Positions 49,424-59,879 of a stretch of DNA of 64,000 nt are shown piece by piece. Each line of letters begins with the position of its first letter. Position 1 is the stretch's first letter. The notes below the pieces were generated by a model. That model saw nothing but the letters and a program-made list of their open reading frames with translations. It was not told where the DNA came from and searched no databases. A program made the position numbers and the translations under genes. Source of the stretch: an uncultured Nitrospiraceae bacterium (GTDB lineage Bacteria; Nitrospirota; Thermodesulfovibrionia; Thermodesulfovibrionales; SM23-35); NCBI GenBank assembly GCA_963727775.1, contig CAVSHB010000001.1, forward strand, positions 1,440,001 through 1,504,000, read 5' to 3'.

Positions 49424-49777
49424 ATGACAAAAATTACTATGTATGCCGTAGTCTTAGTCTTAGTATTTGCAATAATCGCCATTTTATGGAGCGGAATATC
49501 TATGGGAGAAGTCGATCAAGGGAAACAACTTTATACAAATAGATGCCAGCTCTGTCATGGTGTCAGGGGAGATGGTAAAAGTCATGCAGCTGCGTTTCTC
49601 AATTCCAAACCTGCTGATTTCACCGATCCGAAGTTCTGGGAGAAAGAGGATACTAAGAAGATAGCAGAGACAATTGAAAACGGCAAAGGCGAAATGCCAG
49701 CATTTAACTTGAAGCCAGAGGAGCTGAAGGCCATTATCGATTACATAACCAATTCATTCAAACCAGAAACCAAATAA
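49424..49777 (+). CDS. Periplasmic monoheme cytochrome c
   Basis: Signal peptide; CQLCHG; MPAF distal Met. Confidence 0.9.
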   Translation: MTKITMYAVVLVLVFAIIAILWSGISMGEVDQGKQLYTNRCQLCHGVRGDGKSHAAAFLNSKPADFTDPKFWEKEDTKKIAETIENGKGEMPAFNLKPEELKAIIDYITNSFKPETK

Positions 49778-49787
49778 GGAAGTGGAT

Positions 49788-51155
49788 ATGGCTAAAGAGA
49801 TACTCAATAAATTTACCATACCGATAGGTATTGTCATCGTGTCAATATTGCTGTCTTTTAATAATGCCTCTGGGGTACCGAGTTTTGCAAGACAGGTGGG
49901 GATGGAATGCAATGCCTGCCATACGGTCTTCCCAGAATTGACCCCGTTGGGAAGATCTTTCAAGCTCGGCGGTTATTTAATGACATCGAGCGATAAACCG
50001 TATGAGTTTCCTCCGCCACTTGCGGGCATGGCGCAGATATCATATACGCATACTGACAGGGCTCAACCTCCCGGTTCCATCGACGATAATTGGGCAACCC
50101 GCATCACCTCGTCAGAAAACAATGTTATAAATATTCCGCAACAGTTGAGCGTATTTTACGGGGGAAGGATTATTTACAACGTAGGCGCATTCATACAAGG
50201 CACCTTTGACGGACCCAGCAACTCGGTTTTCCTGGACAATACCGATATCCGCTTTGCAAATAGCGGCACCATATTCGGGAGAAAATTGATTTACGGTATT
50301 ACAATCAATAACAATCCCACGGTACAAGATGTCTGGAACAGCACCCCTGCATGGGGTTTCCCATACGGAACATCCGGTATCGCTCCAACTCCTACCGCCG
50401 TAACAGTCATTGATGGAACATTAGGCCAACAAGTAGGCGGTATAGGTCTATACGCGCTATGGAATAATCTGATATATGCTGAAGCGACCCTATACAGGAC
50501 TACCCGTAACGGAATTACGAGACCTTTAGGAGCTGGGACACATAACGACATGGTAGTCGACGATGTTGCGCCCTATTGGCGACTGGTATTGCAGCAGCAA
50601 TGGGAGAAAAAACATTTCCTATCTGTCGGCACTTATGGAATGGTTGCAAGTATTTTTCCGAGCGGCAGCAGTAGCGGACCATCCGATAAGTTTACCGACA
50701 TGGCCTTTGATGCTCAGTATCAATATATTAACAAAGATCATATTTTCTCAGCCCAGACGACCTGGATTCATGAACAACAGGACTGGGATGCCAGTTTTGC
50801 ATTGGGTAATACATCCAATAAATCTGATAGCCTGGTTACGTTTCGAATCAATGCAAATTACTATTACAGAAGTCATTTCGGCAATATCGGAGGAACTGCC
50901 GGCTATTTTTCTACAACGGGCGATAAAGATAGTTTGCTATATGCTCCTGATCCGGTTGACGGAAATAGAACAGGGAAACCAAACAGCAATGGTTTCATTC
51001 TTGAGGCAGACTACTTACCCTGGAAAACAGGAAAGATTTCGCTTCAGTACACAATCTATAACAGATTCAACGGCTCCCATTCAAATTATGATGGATCAGG
51101 AAGGGCTGCCTCTGATAACAACACACTCTTCTTAATGGTTTGGCTTATGTTTTGA
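49788..51155 (+). CDS. cyc2: Cyc2-like cytochrome c - outer-membrane porin fusion
   Basis: Signal peptide; VPSFARQVGMECNACHTVFPELTPLGRSFKLGGY; aromatic beta-strand-rich body; C-terminal Phe. Confidence 0.8.
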   Translation: MAKEILNKFTIPIGIVIVSILLSFNNASGVPSFARQVGMECNACHTVFPELTPLGRSFKLGGYLMTSSDKPYEFPPPLAGMAQISYTHTDRAQPPGSIDDNWATRITSSENNVINIPQQLSVFYGGRIIYNVGAFIQGTFDGPSNSVFLDNTDIRFANSGTIFGRKLIYGITINNNPTVQDVWNSTPAWGFPYGTSGIAPTPTAVTVIDGTLGQQVGGIGLYALWNNLIYAEATLYRTTRNGITRPLGAGTHNDMVVDDVAPYWRLVLQQQWEKKHFLSVGTYGMVASIFPSGSSSGPSDKFTDMAFDAQYQYINKDHIFSAQTTWIHEQQDWDASFALGNTSNKSDSLVTFRINANYYYRSHFGNIGGTAGYFSTTGDKDSLLYAPDPVDGNRTGKPNSNGFILEADYLPWKTGKISLQYTIYNRFNGSHSNYDGSGRAASDNNTLFLMVWLMF

Positions 51156-51546
51156 AATTATTGAAAAGGCGTCACTTGACAAGAATTTATGGATCTTATA
51201 CATAATAGACTCTCACACGGGTCTATTCTTGTTGTTGAAGTGTATATATAAATGCAAGTAGACATTATCCCACATGTTATAGGCTTACCTATTTGCACAT
51301 GAAAGTCACGGTATTTAACAAACTCCTAAAATGCGTTCTTGATGAAGAAATGTTGAATCCTCAAGTCGATCCATTTTTAACACTTTGTAGATGAAAGTGA
51401 TATTTTAGATAATGTCGTAAGCATCTCACTTATAGGGAGAAAGAAAGACAACCCGTTAAACCGCTGAAATTCTCTATTTCTATGTCTTATGAACTTTTTG
51501 ATCCACGGTTTTTCATGCCATCAGCCATTATCTTGGCAAAGATAGT

Positions 51547-51879
51547 TCAGAACAGAAGCGGCTTGAATTTGGCGAGAATTGTTGCAAGAGATGTCATTGA
51601 AATGTGATCGACAATCTTTATGTTTCGAGTCTTCCAGTCGACAGAACGAACCTGATCGGAGAGGGCGACCCCCGTGGTCTTTTTTGCACCATCGAGAATC
51701 ACCTCGAAAGGGTAACCTTTGATATTCGTAGTAATTGGACAGACAAGACAGAGTCCGGAGGCCTTATTGTAGTATTCCGGCGATAGAACAACCGCGGGTC
51801 TGAAGCCTGCTTGCTCATGCCCTAATGTTGGATCGAAACTCAAAAGGATGACATCTCCGCGATCTGGAATTGTTTTCAT
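51547..51879 (-). CDS. mazF: MazF/PemK endoribonuclease toxin
   Basis: FDPTLGHEQAGFRPAVVLS, CPITT, DQVRSVDW. Confidence 0.93.
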   Translation of the reverse strand: MKTIPDRGDVILLSFDPTLGHEQAGFRPAVVLSPEYYNKASGLCLVCPITTNIKGYPFEVILDGAKKTTGVALSDQVRSVDWKTRNIKIVDHISMTSLATILAKFKPLLF

Positions 51880-52121
51880 TACAAAAGCTCCTTTCCAACA
51901 GGACGTCCAAAATCAATCTCGCCATGCCGGTTTTGAGGAGTAATTCTGCTAACAAGTTCCCTTAACAAATACTCCTTCTTCCCTACAAGCTTTATAATAA
52001 TGCCATCGTCAGCTTCGTCAATCTCTACAGTGGAGTCAATACCAATCCCTGCCTTCTTCGCCAGGTCTTTGGGTATCCTCACGCCGATACTATTACCCCA
52101 TTGGGCTGTCTTCGCAATCAT
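51879..52121 (-). CDS. mazE: MazE antitoxin
   Basis: WGNSIGVRIPK, HGEIDFG.PVGKE. Confidence 0.92.
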   Translation of the reverse strand: MIAKTAQWGNSIGVRIPKDLAKKAGIGIDSTVEIDEADDGIIIKLVGKKEYLLRELVSRITPQNRHGEIDFGRPVGKELL

Positions 52122-52156
52122 AGAGCACCTCCTTTTAGCGACAGACTTTTGATATA

Positions 52157-52175
52157 GTATATCCTATGGATATAC
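52157..52175. promoter_or_regulatory. Putative MazE autoregulatory operator
   Basis: Perfect palindrome GTATATCC-TAT-GGATATAC upstream of mazE. Confidence 0.6.
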
Positions 52176-52289
52176 AAAAGAACAAGCCCCCGGGAAACGA
52201 GATTACCTGATAGTACGCACCCACTATCACATTGCGCCAATAATATTTATCTTGAAAATGAACGCTGCTTCCGATAATATCTTCCGTAT

Positions 52290-54386
52290 ATGCTGGACAA
52301 TTTTTTTTCTCCCAAATCGATTGCGGTAGTCGGCGCATCCAGAACCCCCGGAAAAGTGGGTTATGACATCCTCAAAAACATACTGCAATACGGCTTTCAG
52401 GGGGCTCTCTACCCTGTGAATCCCGCTGCACCGGAGGTCCTGGGAGTGAAGGCATATCAATCACTCCTCGACGTTCACGGTAAGATTGATTTGGCCATAA
52501 TAGTGGTTCCCGCAAAGAATGTTCTTGAGACGATCGAACAGTGCGGCGAGAGAAAGATCGACTCAGCCATAATCATAAGTGCAGGGTTTAAAGAAAGCGG
52601 AATGGAAGGGGCGAAGCTCGAGCTCGAACTGGTCAAAAAAGCAAAGAAGGCCGGGGTGAGGTTCATCGGCCCGAATTGCCTCGGGATAATCGATACTCAT
52701 TCGATGATCAACGCTTCTTTTGCTTCGGGAATGCCTGCTAAAGGCAGCATCGGTTTTTTCTCGCAGTCGGGAGCTCTGTGTATTGCTATTCTGGATCGCG
52801 CACTGCCTGATGGGATAGGATTTTCCAAGTTCATCAGTATGGGGAACAAGGCGGACGTCTCCGACACGGACATTATGCTGTCTTTGGCCGAAGATGAGAA
52901 TACGAAAGTAATTCTCGGATACATTGAGGGAGTGAGCGATGGGAGAAAATTCATGGAAGTCGCCGCGCAGATATCGAAAAAGAAACCTCTCATTATCCTG
53001 AAATCCGGCATCACAAGCTCGGGGGCCAAGGCGGCGTCTTCTCATACCGGCGCCCTTGCAGGCCGTGAGGCGGCCTTTGATGCCGCTTTCAGGCAGAGCG
53101 GAGTTATCAGGGCGCACACAATAAACGAACTTTTCAACTATGCCCTGGCTTTTGCGAATCAGCCCTTGCCGAAAGGTCCGAATGCGGTGATCGTAACGAA
53201 TTCAGGCGGACCGGGCATTCTGGCTGCGGATGCGTGTGATAAATCGGACCTTCAGTTAAACCCGTTGCCGAAAGATATCGTTGATGAGCTTAGGACGTTC
53301 TTGCCTCCGGTGGCGTCATTCTATAATCCGGTGGATATTCTCGGCGACTCAGGGGCGGATAGATATGAAAAAGCTATCCGTACCGTGCTGAAAGATGAGA
53401 GGACAAATGGTGTAATTGTCCTCCTTACGCCGACAGCGGTGGTTGACGTTGAGGAGACTGCCAAGGCCGTGGTGAGTGTCTCCAAATTAATCGACAGGCC
53501 GATACTCGCCTCCTTTATGGGAAAGCAGAGGGTTGAGCCCGGCATAAAGGTCCTCATGAAAGGCGGTGTTCCTAATTACAGCTATCCCGAAGAGGCTGTC
53601 CTTGCTTTGAATGCGATGTATCGTTATAAGTTATGGGCCCAAAGTCCTGAGAAGACGTATCCCAAACTTGACAATCTGAAAGCAATGGCGTCCCCGATTT
53701 TTGCAGATGTCAAAAGAGAAAATCGTGAGCGCCTCTACGAAATGGAAGTTCATGACGTTCTAAATGCGTATGGCTTCAAACAACCGAAGAGTTTGTTCGC
53801 CAGTTCACCCGAAGAGGCTGTTGCCGCTGCCAAGGGAATAGGATACCCCGTGGTAATGAAGATCATTTCCCCTCAGATTTCGCACAAGAGTGATATCGGC
53901 GGCGTGAGAGTGAATCTGAACAGCAAGAAGGACGTTGAGAATGCCTTTTTCGATGTTACTACTCGTGTCAGGAATATTATGCCGACGGCGCATATTTCAG
54001 GGGTGATGATTCAGGAAATGATACCCAAGGGAAAAGAAGTGATAATGGGCATAACCCACGACCCGCAGTTCGGTCATATGATCATGTTCGGACTGGGAGG
54101 GATATATGTTGAAGTCTTGAAGGATATTTCATTCAGGATAGTTCCGTTGAGCAGGGAAGATGCCCATGAGATGATACGGGAGACAAAAACGTTCCCTTTG
54201 TTGAGGGGAGTGCGAGGGGAGGCTGAGGCGGATATCGAGGCTATCGAGAAGTGTCTGCTGACGCTCTCCCAGATGGCTATTGATTTTCCTGAGATCATCG
54301 AAGCTGATATCAACCCTCTCCTGGTCAGGGCAAGGGGAGAAGGGGTAACAGCAATCGACGCACGGTTTACCATAGGAGGTGCCTAA
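52290..54386 (+). CDS. ADP-forming acetate/acyl-CoA ligase, fused alpha-beta
   Basis: PKSIAVVGAS, GPNCLG, SQSGAL, SSHTGALAG, HKSDIGGV, DINPL. Confidence 0.92.
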   Translation: MLDNFFSPKSIAVVGASRTPGKVGYDILKNILQYGFQGALYPVNPAAPEVLGVKAYQSLLDVHGKIDLAIIVVPAKNVLETIEQCGERKIDSAIIISAGFKESGMEGAKLELELVKKAKKAGVRFIGPNCLGIIDTHSMINASFASGMPAKGSIGFFSQSGALCIAILDRALPDGIGFSKFISMGNKADVSDTDIMLSLAEDENTKVILGYIEGVSDGRKFMEVAAQISKKKPLIILKSGITSSGAKAASSHTGALAGREAAFDAAFRQSGVIRAHTINELFNYALAFANQPLPKGPNAVIVTNSGGPGILAADACDKSDLQLNPLPKDIVDELRTFLPPVASFYNPVDILGDSGADRYEKAIRTVLKDERTNGVIVLLTPTAVVDVEETAKAVVSVSKLIDRPILASFMGKQRVEPGIKVLMKGGVPNYSYPEEAVLALNAMYRYKLWAQSPEKTYPKLDNLKAMASPIFADVKRENRERLYEMEVHDVLNAYGFKQPKSLFASSPEEAVAAAKGIGYPVVMKIISPQISHKSDIGGVRVNLNSKKDVENAFFDVTTRVRNIMPTAHISGVMIQEMIPKGKEVIMGITHDPQFGHMIMFGLGGIYVEVLKDISFRIVPLSREDAHEMIRETKTFPLLRGVRGEAEADIEAIEKCLLTLSQMAIDFPEIIEADINPLLVRARGEGVTAIDARFTIGGA

Positions 54387-55460
54387 ATGATTTCTTTGTA
54401 CGTAGGATCAACATCGGGATATACAGGGAAAACCCTGGTGACCATGGGGCTTGGCCAAAAATTCAGGAAGGACGGTCTCAGGGTCGGTTATATCAAGCCT
54501 GTCGGTATCCTGCCGATAAAAGTGGACGACACCCTTACGGACCATGACGCCTGGCGCATTTATAGGGCACTGGAGCTGAAAGATCCGATATCGGAGATAT
54601 GCCCTGTAGTATTGACGCAGGAGCTGGAAGTGAGGAGCTACCATAAGGATGTGAAGTGCCTTTTATCCAGGATTATAAAGGCGCACAAGCAACTGTCTCA
54701 AGACAAGGATATCATGCTCATCGGCGGTTACGGAAGCATCTATACGGGGAGTTATCTGGGCGTTCAGGGACTCGAGGTGATAAAGCGTCTCAATGCCAAA
54801 GTGGTCATCGTAGTGAAATATGAGGGTGAATATGTTGTCGATTATGTTCTTCAGGCGAAAAAGGACCTTAAGGACAGATTCATCGGGGTGATATTGAATA
54901 AAGTCACTGCGGAGCACAACCAAAGTGCAGCGGACAATGCCGTTCCCTTCCTGAACAGAAAGAACGTGGACATTCTCGGGATAATCCCGCACGATGCGGT
55001 AGTGGGTTCGATCACCGTGGAAGAACTGAATGAAATGCTGGGAGGAAAGGTTTTGTGCGGGCATGAGAGGCTTGATAATCTGATCGAGCATTTCCTGATC
55101 GGGGCTATGCAGGTGGACAAAGCGATCCAGTACTTTGAGAGGACGAGAAATAATGCCGTTATCGTTGGGGGTGACAGAGCGGATATTCAACTGTCCGCCA
55201 TTGAGTCCGGTTCAAAGTGTCTCATACTCACCGGTGAGCTCTATCCCAGTGAAATGATCCTGTCGAGGGCGGAGCAGAAAAATGTTCCCATTCTGGTGGT
55301 AAGAGAAGACACGTACAGCATTGCAAAGAAGCTCGAAAAACTCTCAGTCCGGCTCAGGTTGAGGGACAAAGCCAAGGTTGAAAAGGGCATGAATCTTGTG
55401 ATTGAGAACATAAGTTTTTCGTTGCTGTATAAGAAGCTCGGCATAAAAATAGGGAAATAG
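54387..55460 (+). CDS. Phosphotransacetylase N-terminal (BioD-like + DRTGG) family protein
   Basis: GYTGKTLV, GYIKPVG, IGAM, GGDRADIQL, LILTG. Confidence 0.85.
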   Translation: MISLYVGSTSGYTGKTLVTMGLGQKFRKDGLRVGYIKPVGILPIKVDDTLTDHDAWRIYRALELKDPISEICPVVLTQELEVRSYHKDVKCLLSRIIKAHKQLSQDKDIMLIGGYGSIYTGSYLGVQGLEVIKRLNAKVVIVVKYEGEYVVDYVLQAKKDLKDRFIGVILNKVTAEHNQSAADNAVPFLNRKNVDILGIIPHDAVVGSITVEELNEMLGGKVLCGHERLDNLIEHFLIGAMQVDKAIQYFERTRNNAVIVGGDRADIQLSAIESGSKCLILTGELYPSEMILSRAEQKNVPILVVREDTYSIAKKLEKLSVRLRLRDKAKVEKGMNLVIENISFSLLYKKLGIKIGK

Positions 55461-55631
55461 TACGGCAATATCCTGTAGTGCCTGTCCCTATTTCATTGAT
55501 TTTATCTTGACATTGCAAACATCTTTGATATATAAATCTGCGGATATAGAAAGTCTTTTGAAGGAGTTTAACTCAAAACTCGAAGACCTTATAATGCTTT
55601 TATCCTGAAGAATTCAGAAGGTGAGATAATA

Positions 55632-56735
55632 ATGGGAAACATCAGAATTGCGATTGCGGGTGTCGGAAATTGCGCCAGTTCATTAATCCAGGGTATCGGA
55701 TATTACAGGTCACTCGGCAAGGACCATCCTGACAAGTCTCTCGGCCTTATGAATTATGACCTCGGAGGATACGGGCCTGATGACATCGAGGTTGTGGCTG
55801 CATTTGACATAGACAAGAGAAAAGTTGATCATCCGCTAAAGGAAGCTATTTTTGCAAAACCCAATTGCACAAAAGTATTTAACGCCGGTCTTGCCGAATT
55901 CCCCGTGACTGTGATGATGGGGAATGTCCTTGACGGGGTTTCATCTCACATGAAGGATTATCCTGAAGAACGCAGGTTTATTGTTGCAAGAAAGAAGTCA
56001 TGTGATGTAATAAAGGTTTTAAGGCAAAGCGGGGCGGATATCCTTCTAAGCTATCTGCCTGTGGGGTCTGAAAAGGCAACCGCGTTTTATGCAGAAGCAT
56101 GTCTTAAGACAGGCATAAGTTTGATCAACTGCGTGCCGGTTTTTATCGCATCGGATAAATCATGGGCGGAACGTTTCAAAAAGAAAGATATTCCGATAAT
56201 AGGCGACGATGTCAAGAGCCAGATTGGAGCTACAATTATTCACAGGGCACTCACGGGATTATTCGAAGACAGAGGCGTAAAGATCGATAAAACATATCAG
56301 CTGAATGTCGGCGGCAACACGGACTTTCTGAACATGCTGAACAGGGCAAGGTTAAAATCAAAGAAAATATCAAAGACGGAGGCCGTACAATCGCAATTGC
56401 ACGTTCCCCTGAAGAACGAAAACATCCATATAGGTCCCTCGGATTATATACCCTGGCTAAATGACAACAAGATATGTTTTCTCAGAATGGAGGGTAGGGG
56501 ATTCGGGAATATATCGATAAATCTTGAGATGAGGCTCTCTGTCGAAGATTCTCCGAACAGCGCCGGTGTTGTTATCGATGCAATAAGATGCTGTAAAATT
56601 GCGCGGGACAGGGGGATAGGGGGAGTGCTCATTTCTTCGTCTGCATACTTCATGAAGCATCCGATGATTCAGTTCCCCGATGAGAAGGCAAGAGATATGG
56701 TTAAAGATTTTATCACAGGCAAGATAGAGAGGTAA
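55632..56735 (+). CDS. ino1: Myo-inositol-1-phosphate synthase
   Basis: GVGNCASSL.QG, YLPVGS, GDDVKSQ.GAT, NVGGNTDF.NM, SKKISKT, DSPNSAG. Confidence 0.95.
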   Translation: MGNIRIAIAGVGNCASSLIQGIGYYRSLGKDHPDKSLGLMNYDLGGYGPDDIEVVAAFDIDKRKVDHPLKEAIFAKPNCTKVFNAGLAEFPVTVMMGNVLDGVSSHMKDYPEERRFIVARKKSCDVIKVLRQSGADILLSYLPVGSEKATAFYAEACLKTGISLINCVPVFIASDKSWAERFKKKDIPIIGDDVKSQIGATIIHRALTGLFEDRGVKIDKTYQLNVGGNTDFLNMLNRARLKSKKISKTEAVQSQLHVPLKNENIHIGPSDYIPWLNDNKICFLRMEGRGFGNISINLEMRLSVEDSPNSAGVVIDAIRCCKIARDRGIGGVLISSSAYFMKHPMIQFPDEKARDMVKDFITGKIER

Positions 56736-57308
56736 ATGCTTAGTGCAAAATTCGGTCATTTTCTGGATGCTCCCCTCGGACTGCTTGTAAAAAGAATTCC
56801 TTTCAGTCCAAATGTCCTTACCATAACCGGTTTTCTCATAACAATTATTGCGGCTTTGGTTATTCCACATAGTCTTAGACTTGGCGGAATACTTATTTTA
56901 TTCGGCGGCTTTTTTGACATGCTCGACGGAGTTGCTGCAAGAATAAACAACAGGGCCACGAAATTCGGCGCTTTTCTCGATTCAGTTCTGGACAGGTATT
57001 CGGACGCCTTTATTTTTCTTTCAATATCATATTACTTCGCCGCAAATGGAAATCATACGGGAGCCTTTCTCAGCCTGGGCACACTGGTCGGCGCATTATT
57101 GATCAGCTACGCCCGCGCAAGGGCGGAAGGAATCGGTGAATCCTGCCATACCGGAATAATGGAAAGACCGGAAAGAATCATTCTCTTGATCTTTGCAACC
57201 CTGACAGGCTGGCTTGTGCCCATATTGTGGGCAATGTTGATCCTAACGCACATCACTGTCATCCAGCGGATATATCATGTTTGGCTGGCTACGAAAAAGA
57301 AACGATGA
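56736..57308 (+). CDS. CDP-alcohol phosphatidyltransferase (phosphatidylinositol-phosphate synthase-like)
   Basis: DMLDG..AR...FGAFLDSVLDRYSD, SYARARAE, GIMERPER; abuts ino1. Confidence 0.88.
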   Translation: MLSAKFGHFLDAPLGLLVKRIPFSPNVLTITGFLITIIAALVIPHSLRLGGILILFGGFFDMLDGVAARINNRATKFGAFLDSVLDRYSDAFIFLSISYYFAANGNHTGAFLSLGTLVGALLISYARARAEGIGESCHTGIMERPERIILLIFATLTGWLVPILWAMLILTHITVIQRIYHVWLATKKKR

Positions 57309-57747
57309 GTATACATTAAGGGACGGAGGGAGACCAAAATATTGTTCCTCAGTATGCCCCGAAAGAAACATCCCATTTTGCGCAACACGCCTGCTATCCA
57401 GCGCAAAAGGCGGGTTTCTTTTCTGGGGAGTCACCTATAGGAGTATTTTTCTATTTCTTCCTTGTTTATCCGCATATCCCAGACACAGCATATTTATGCG
57501 TAGTGCAACTGATATTCGATAAGCAAATATGTGAAAAAGGCTATACCAAGTAGTCGATTATTCAACTTTGGAAAATATTTTTTATAACTCTTTTCAAATG
57601 AGCTTACTTCTCCTGCAATTTACTTATCAAACATCCCCTACAAGGAAAATCAAACTTCCCTGACAGACTTTTGCAGAAGAAAAGAGTTAATATTTGGATA
57701 GAAACAAAACCGGCTTGTTTGCAAATATTAATAATAGAGGATTCCAA

Positions 57748-59270
57748 ATGAGAAAAGAAATAAGAAGGTTATCAATTTTTCTATTCTTGCTGTTTCTGCT
57801 TTTTGCAATGGCAGGCATATCGGGGGCGGATATTGAAGGCACTATCGGAACAAGGTTTACCATAACAGACTCCGGATTCGGGACCAAGAAACCTCAGGTG
57901 TATATTCAATATAAGAAAAAACCTGGAGTGGTCAGAAAGGTATACGCCAAAGTGGAACAATGGAGCGATAACTCGATTACCTGTCTGTGGACGGAAACCC
58001 TCTCTGCCGGGACTTACAACTTATTTGTAAAGCCCAATATAGCAAAAGCCAATCCTATTGCTGAAGGTACATTCAACATCATGCCACCTTCCATTGATGA
58101 AGTTACTCCTGACACTCTAACACCAGGGGCAACGATAACAATAAACGGACAATTTTTCACAAACAAAAAACCGACGATCTATCTCGTAGACCTTGTGTCT
58201 TCAAAGAAGAAAGGTTGCAGAGTTGTAAATCCCACTATGGACCCGGAAACAGGAGCAAGCTCATTAAATTTTGTTGTGCCTAAATGGGGATCGGGCAAGT
58301 ATGAAATCATTTTACAGACATTGGTTAGTGAAACATCTTTCAGATTAGTGTCCATCTCCGGTAAGGTAACTGATTCATCAACTGGATCTGGTATTTCGGG
58401 TGTCACTGTGGTACTTAACGGTGTGGAGACAATCTCTGCTGTTACAGTTGATGACGGGACGTATTCTTTCACAAACATCCCAGATGGAAGTTATACGATA
58501 GCTCCTTCCCCGTCAAGTTATACATTCTCTCCTCAAAACATACAGTAATGGTAAATGATTCTGACGTTACAGGACAGGATTTTGTTGGAACTCATGTTTC
58601 TTCCATATTAGGGCGGGTGACTGATTCATCAACGGGGATGGGGATTGCGGGTGTATTTATAACTCTTTCAGGTTCGGGTTCCATCGCTACTGATGTCAAT
58701 GGAATATATTCTTTCACAAACATCCCAAATGGAAGTTATACGATAGCTCCTTCCCCGTCAAGTTATACATTCTCTCCTCAAAACATTACAGTAACGGTAA
58801 ATGATGCTGACATTACAGGGCAGGATTTTGTTGGAACTCATGTTTCTTCCATATTAGGACGGGTGACTGAACCATCAACGATAATGGGGATAGCGGGTGT
58901 AACGATGACTCTTTCAGGATCAGGTTCGGGTTCCATCACTACTGATGTCAATGGAATATATTCTTTCACAAACATCCCAAATGGAAGTTATACAATAACT
59001 CCCTCGAAAACAGGGTATTCATTCTTACCTCAGAGCATAACAGTAACAATGGATAATTTTGATATGACTGGGCAAGATTTTGTGGGAACTTCTCAGAACT
59101 GGCACTGGCGAAATCCATTGCCACAGGGAAATACACTTGCAGGGGTGACCTATGGCAATGGCACCTTTGTAGCCGTGGGGTTTCCGGGCGTCATCCTAAC
59201 CTCACCAGATGGGGTAATGTGGACGTCCAGAGACTCGGGAACATTTAGTTCTTTGAGTGGGGTGACCTAT
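57748..59270 (+). pseudogene. Large exported repeat protein, 5' part (Ig/TIG-like domains, three carboxypeptidase-regulatory-like repeats, first propeller blades)
   Basis: Signal peptide; 3x G.YSFTNIP.GSYTI.PS; 1-nt deletion at ~58541 relative to the paralogous repeat; cut by IS21. Confidence 0.85.
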
Positions 59271-59435
59271 TGTGGGCGGCGGAGTAAAAGAACTGGTAAC
59301 GGAGGAACCGAAAGCGTCGCTGATGGAGCCAGCCTGAAGATTGCAGTTAGAATTAATGAGTAGACTGAAGAACCCACCTTAGAGACCCACCTTTACATAC
59401 AATGATACCTACAACAAAGTAGTTGGAGGTAATCA

Positions 59436-59804
59436 TTGGTAAAGAGATGCATGCACTGTGGGCGGTATTTCACGCCTGATAAACGGATCGGAGCGAGGCA
59501 GAAAGTCTGTCAGCGAAAGCAATGCAAGCGGGCAAGAAAGAACCAGTCCCAGCAGCGGTGGCGCCAAAATAATCCTGAGTATTTCAATAACCTGTATCTC
59601 GACTATGTCAAACCCTGGCGGCAGCGACGCAAAGAGCTACATGTGTCTCCCTTGCCGCGACAAATGATAAAAGACGAGATACCCCCTTCAAAGCCTTTAC
59701 AGGAACTGGTTTTGCTGATACCGGGTGGCATTAAAGGGATGATAAAAGACGAGATACGACTGCGAAGGCTTGATAGTCATACGTTTGCGGCCTATGGGCC
59801 ATGA
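59436..59804 (+). CDS. IS21 passenger protein with a putative Cys4 zinc site
   Basis: GGAGGT RBS; CMHC...CQRKQC followed by a basic helix. Confidence 0.75.
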   Translation: MVKRCMHCGRYFTPDKRIGARQKVCQRKQCKRARKNQSQQRWRQNNPEYFNNLYLDYVKPWRQRRKELHVSPLPRQMIKDEIPPSKPLQELVLLIPGGIKGMIKDEIRLRRLDSHTFAAYGP

Positions 59805-59879
59805 TAAAAGACGAAATGGACTCGTAATCGGCGCTGAGGTAAACTGGATCATCACATCAGGGAAGGAGATGATCCATCA

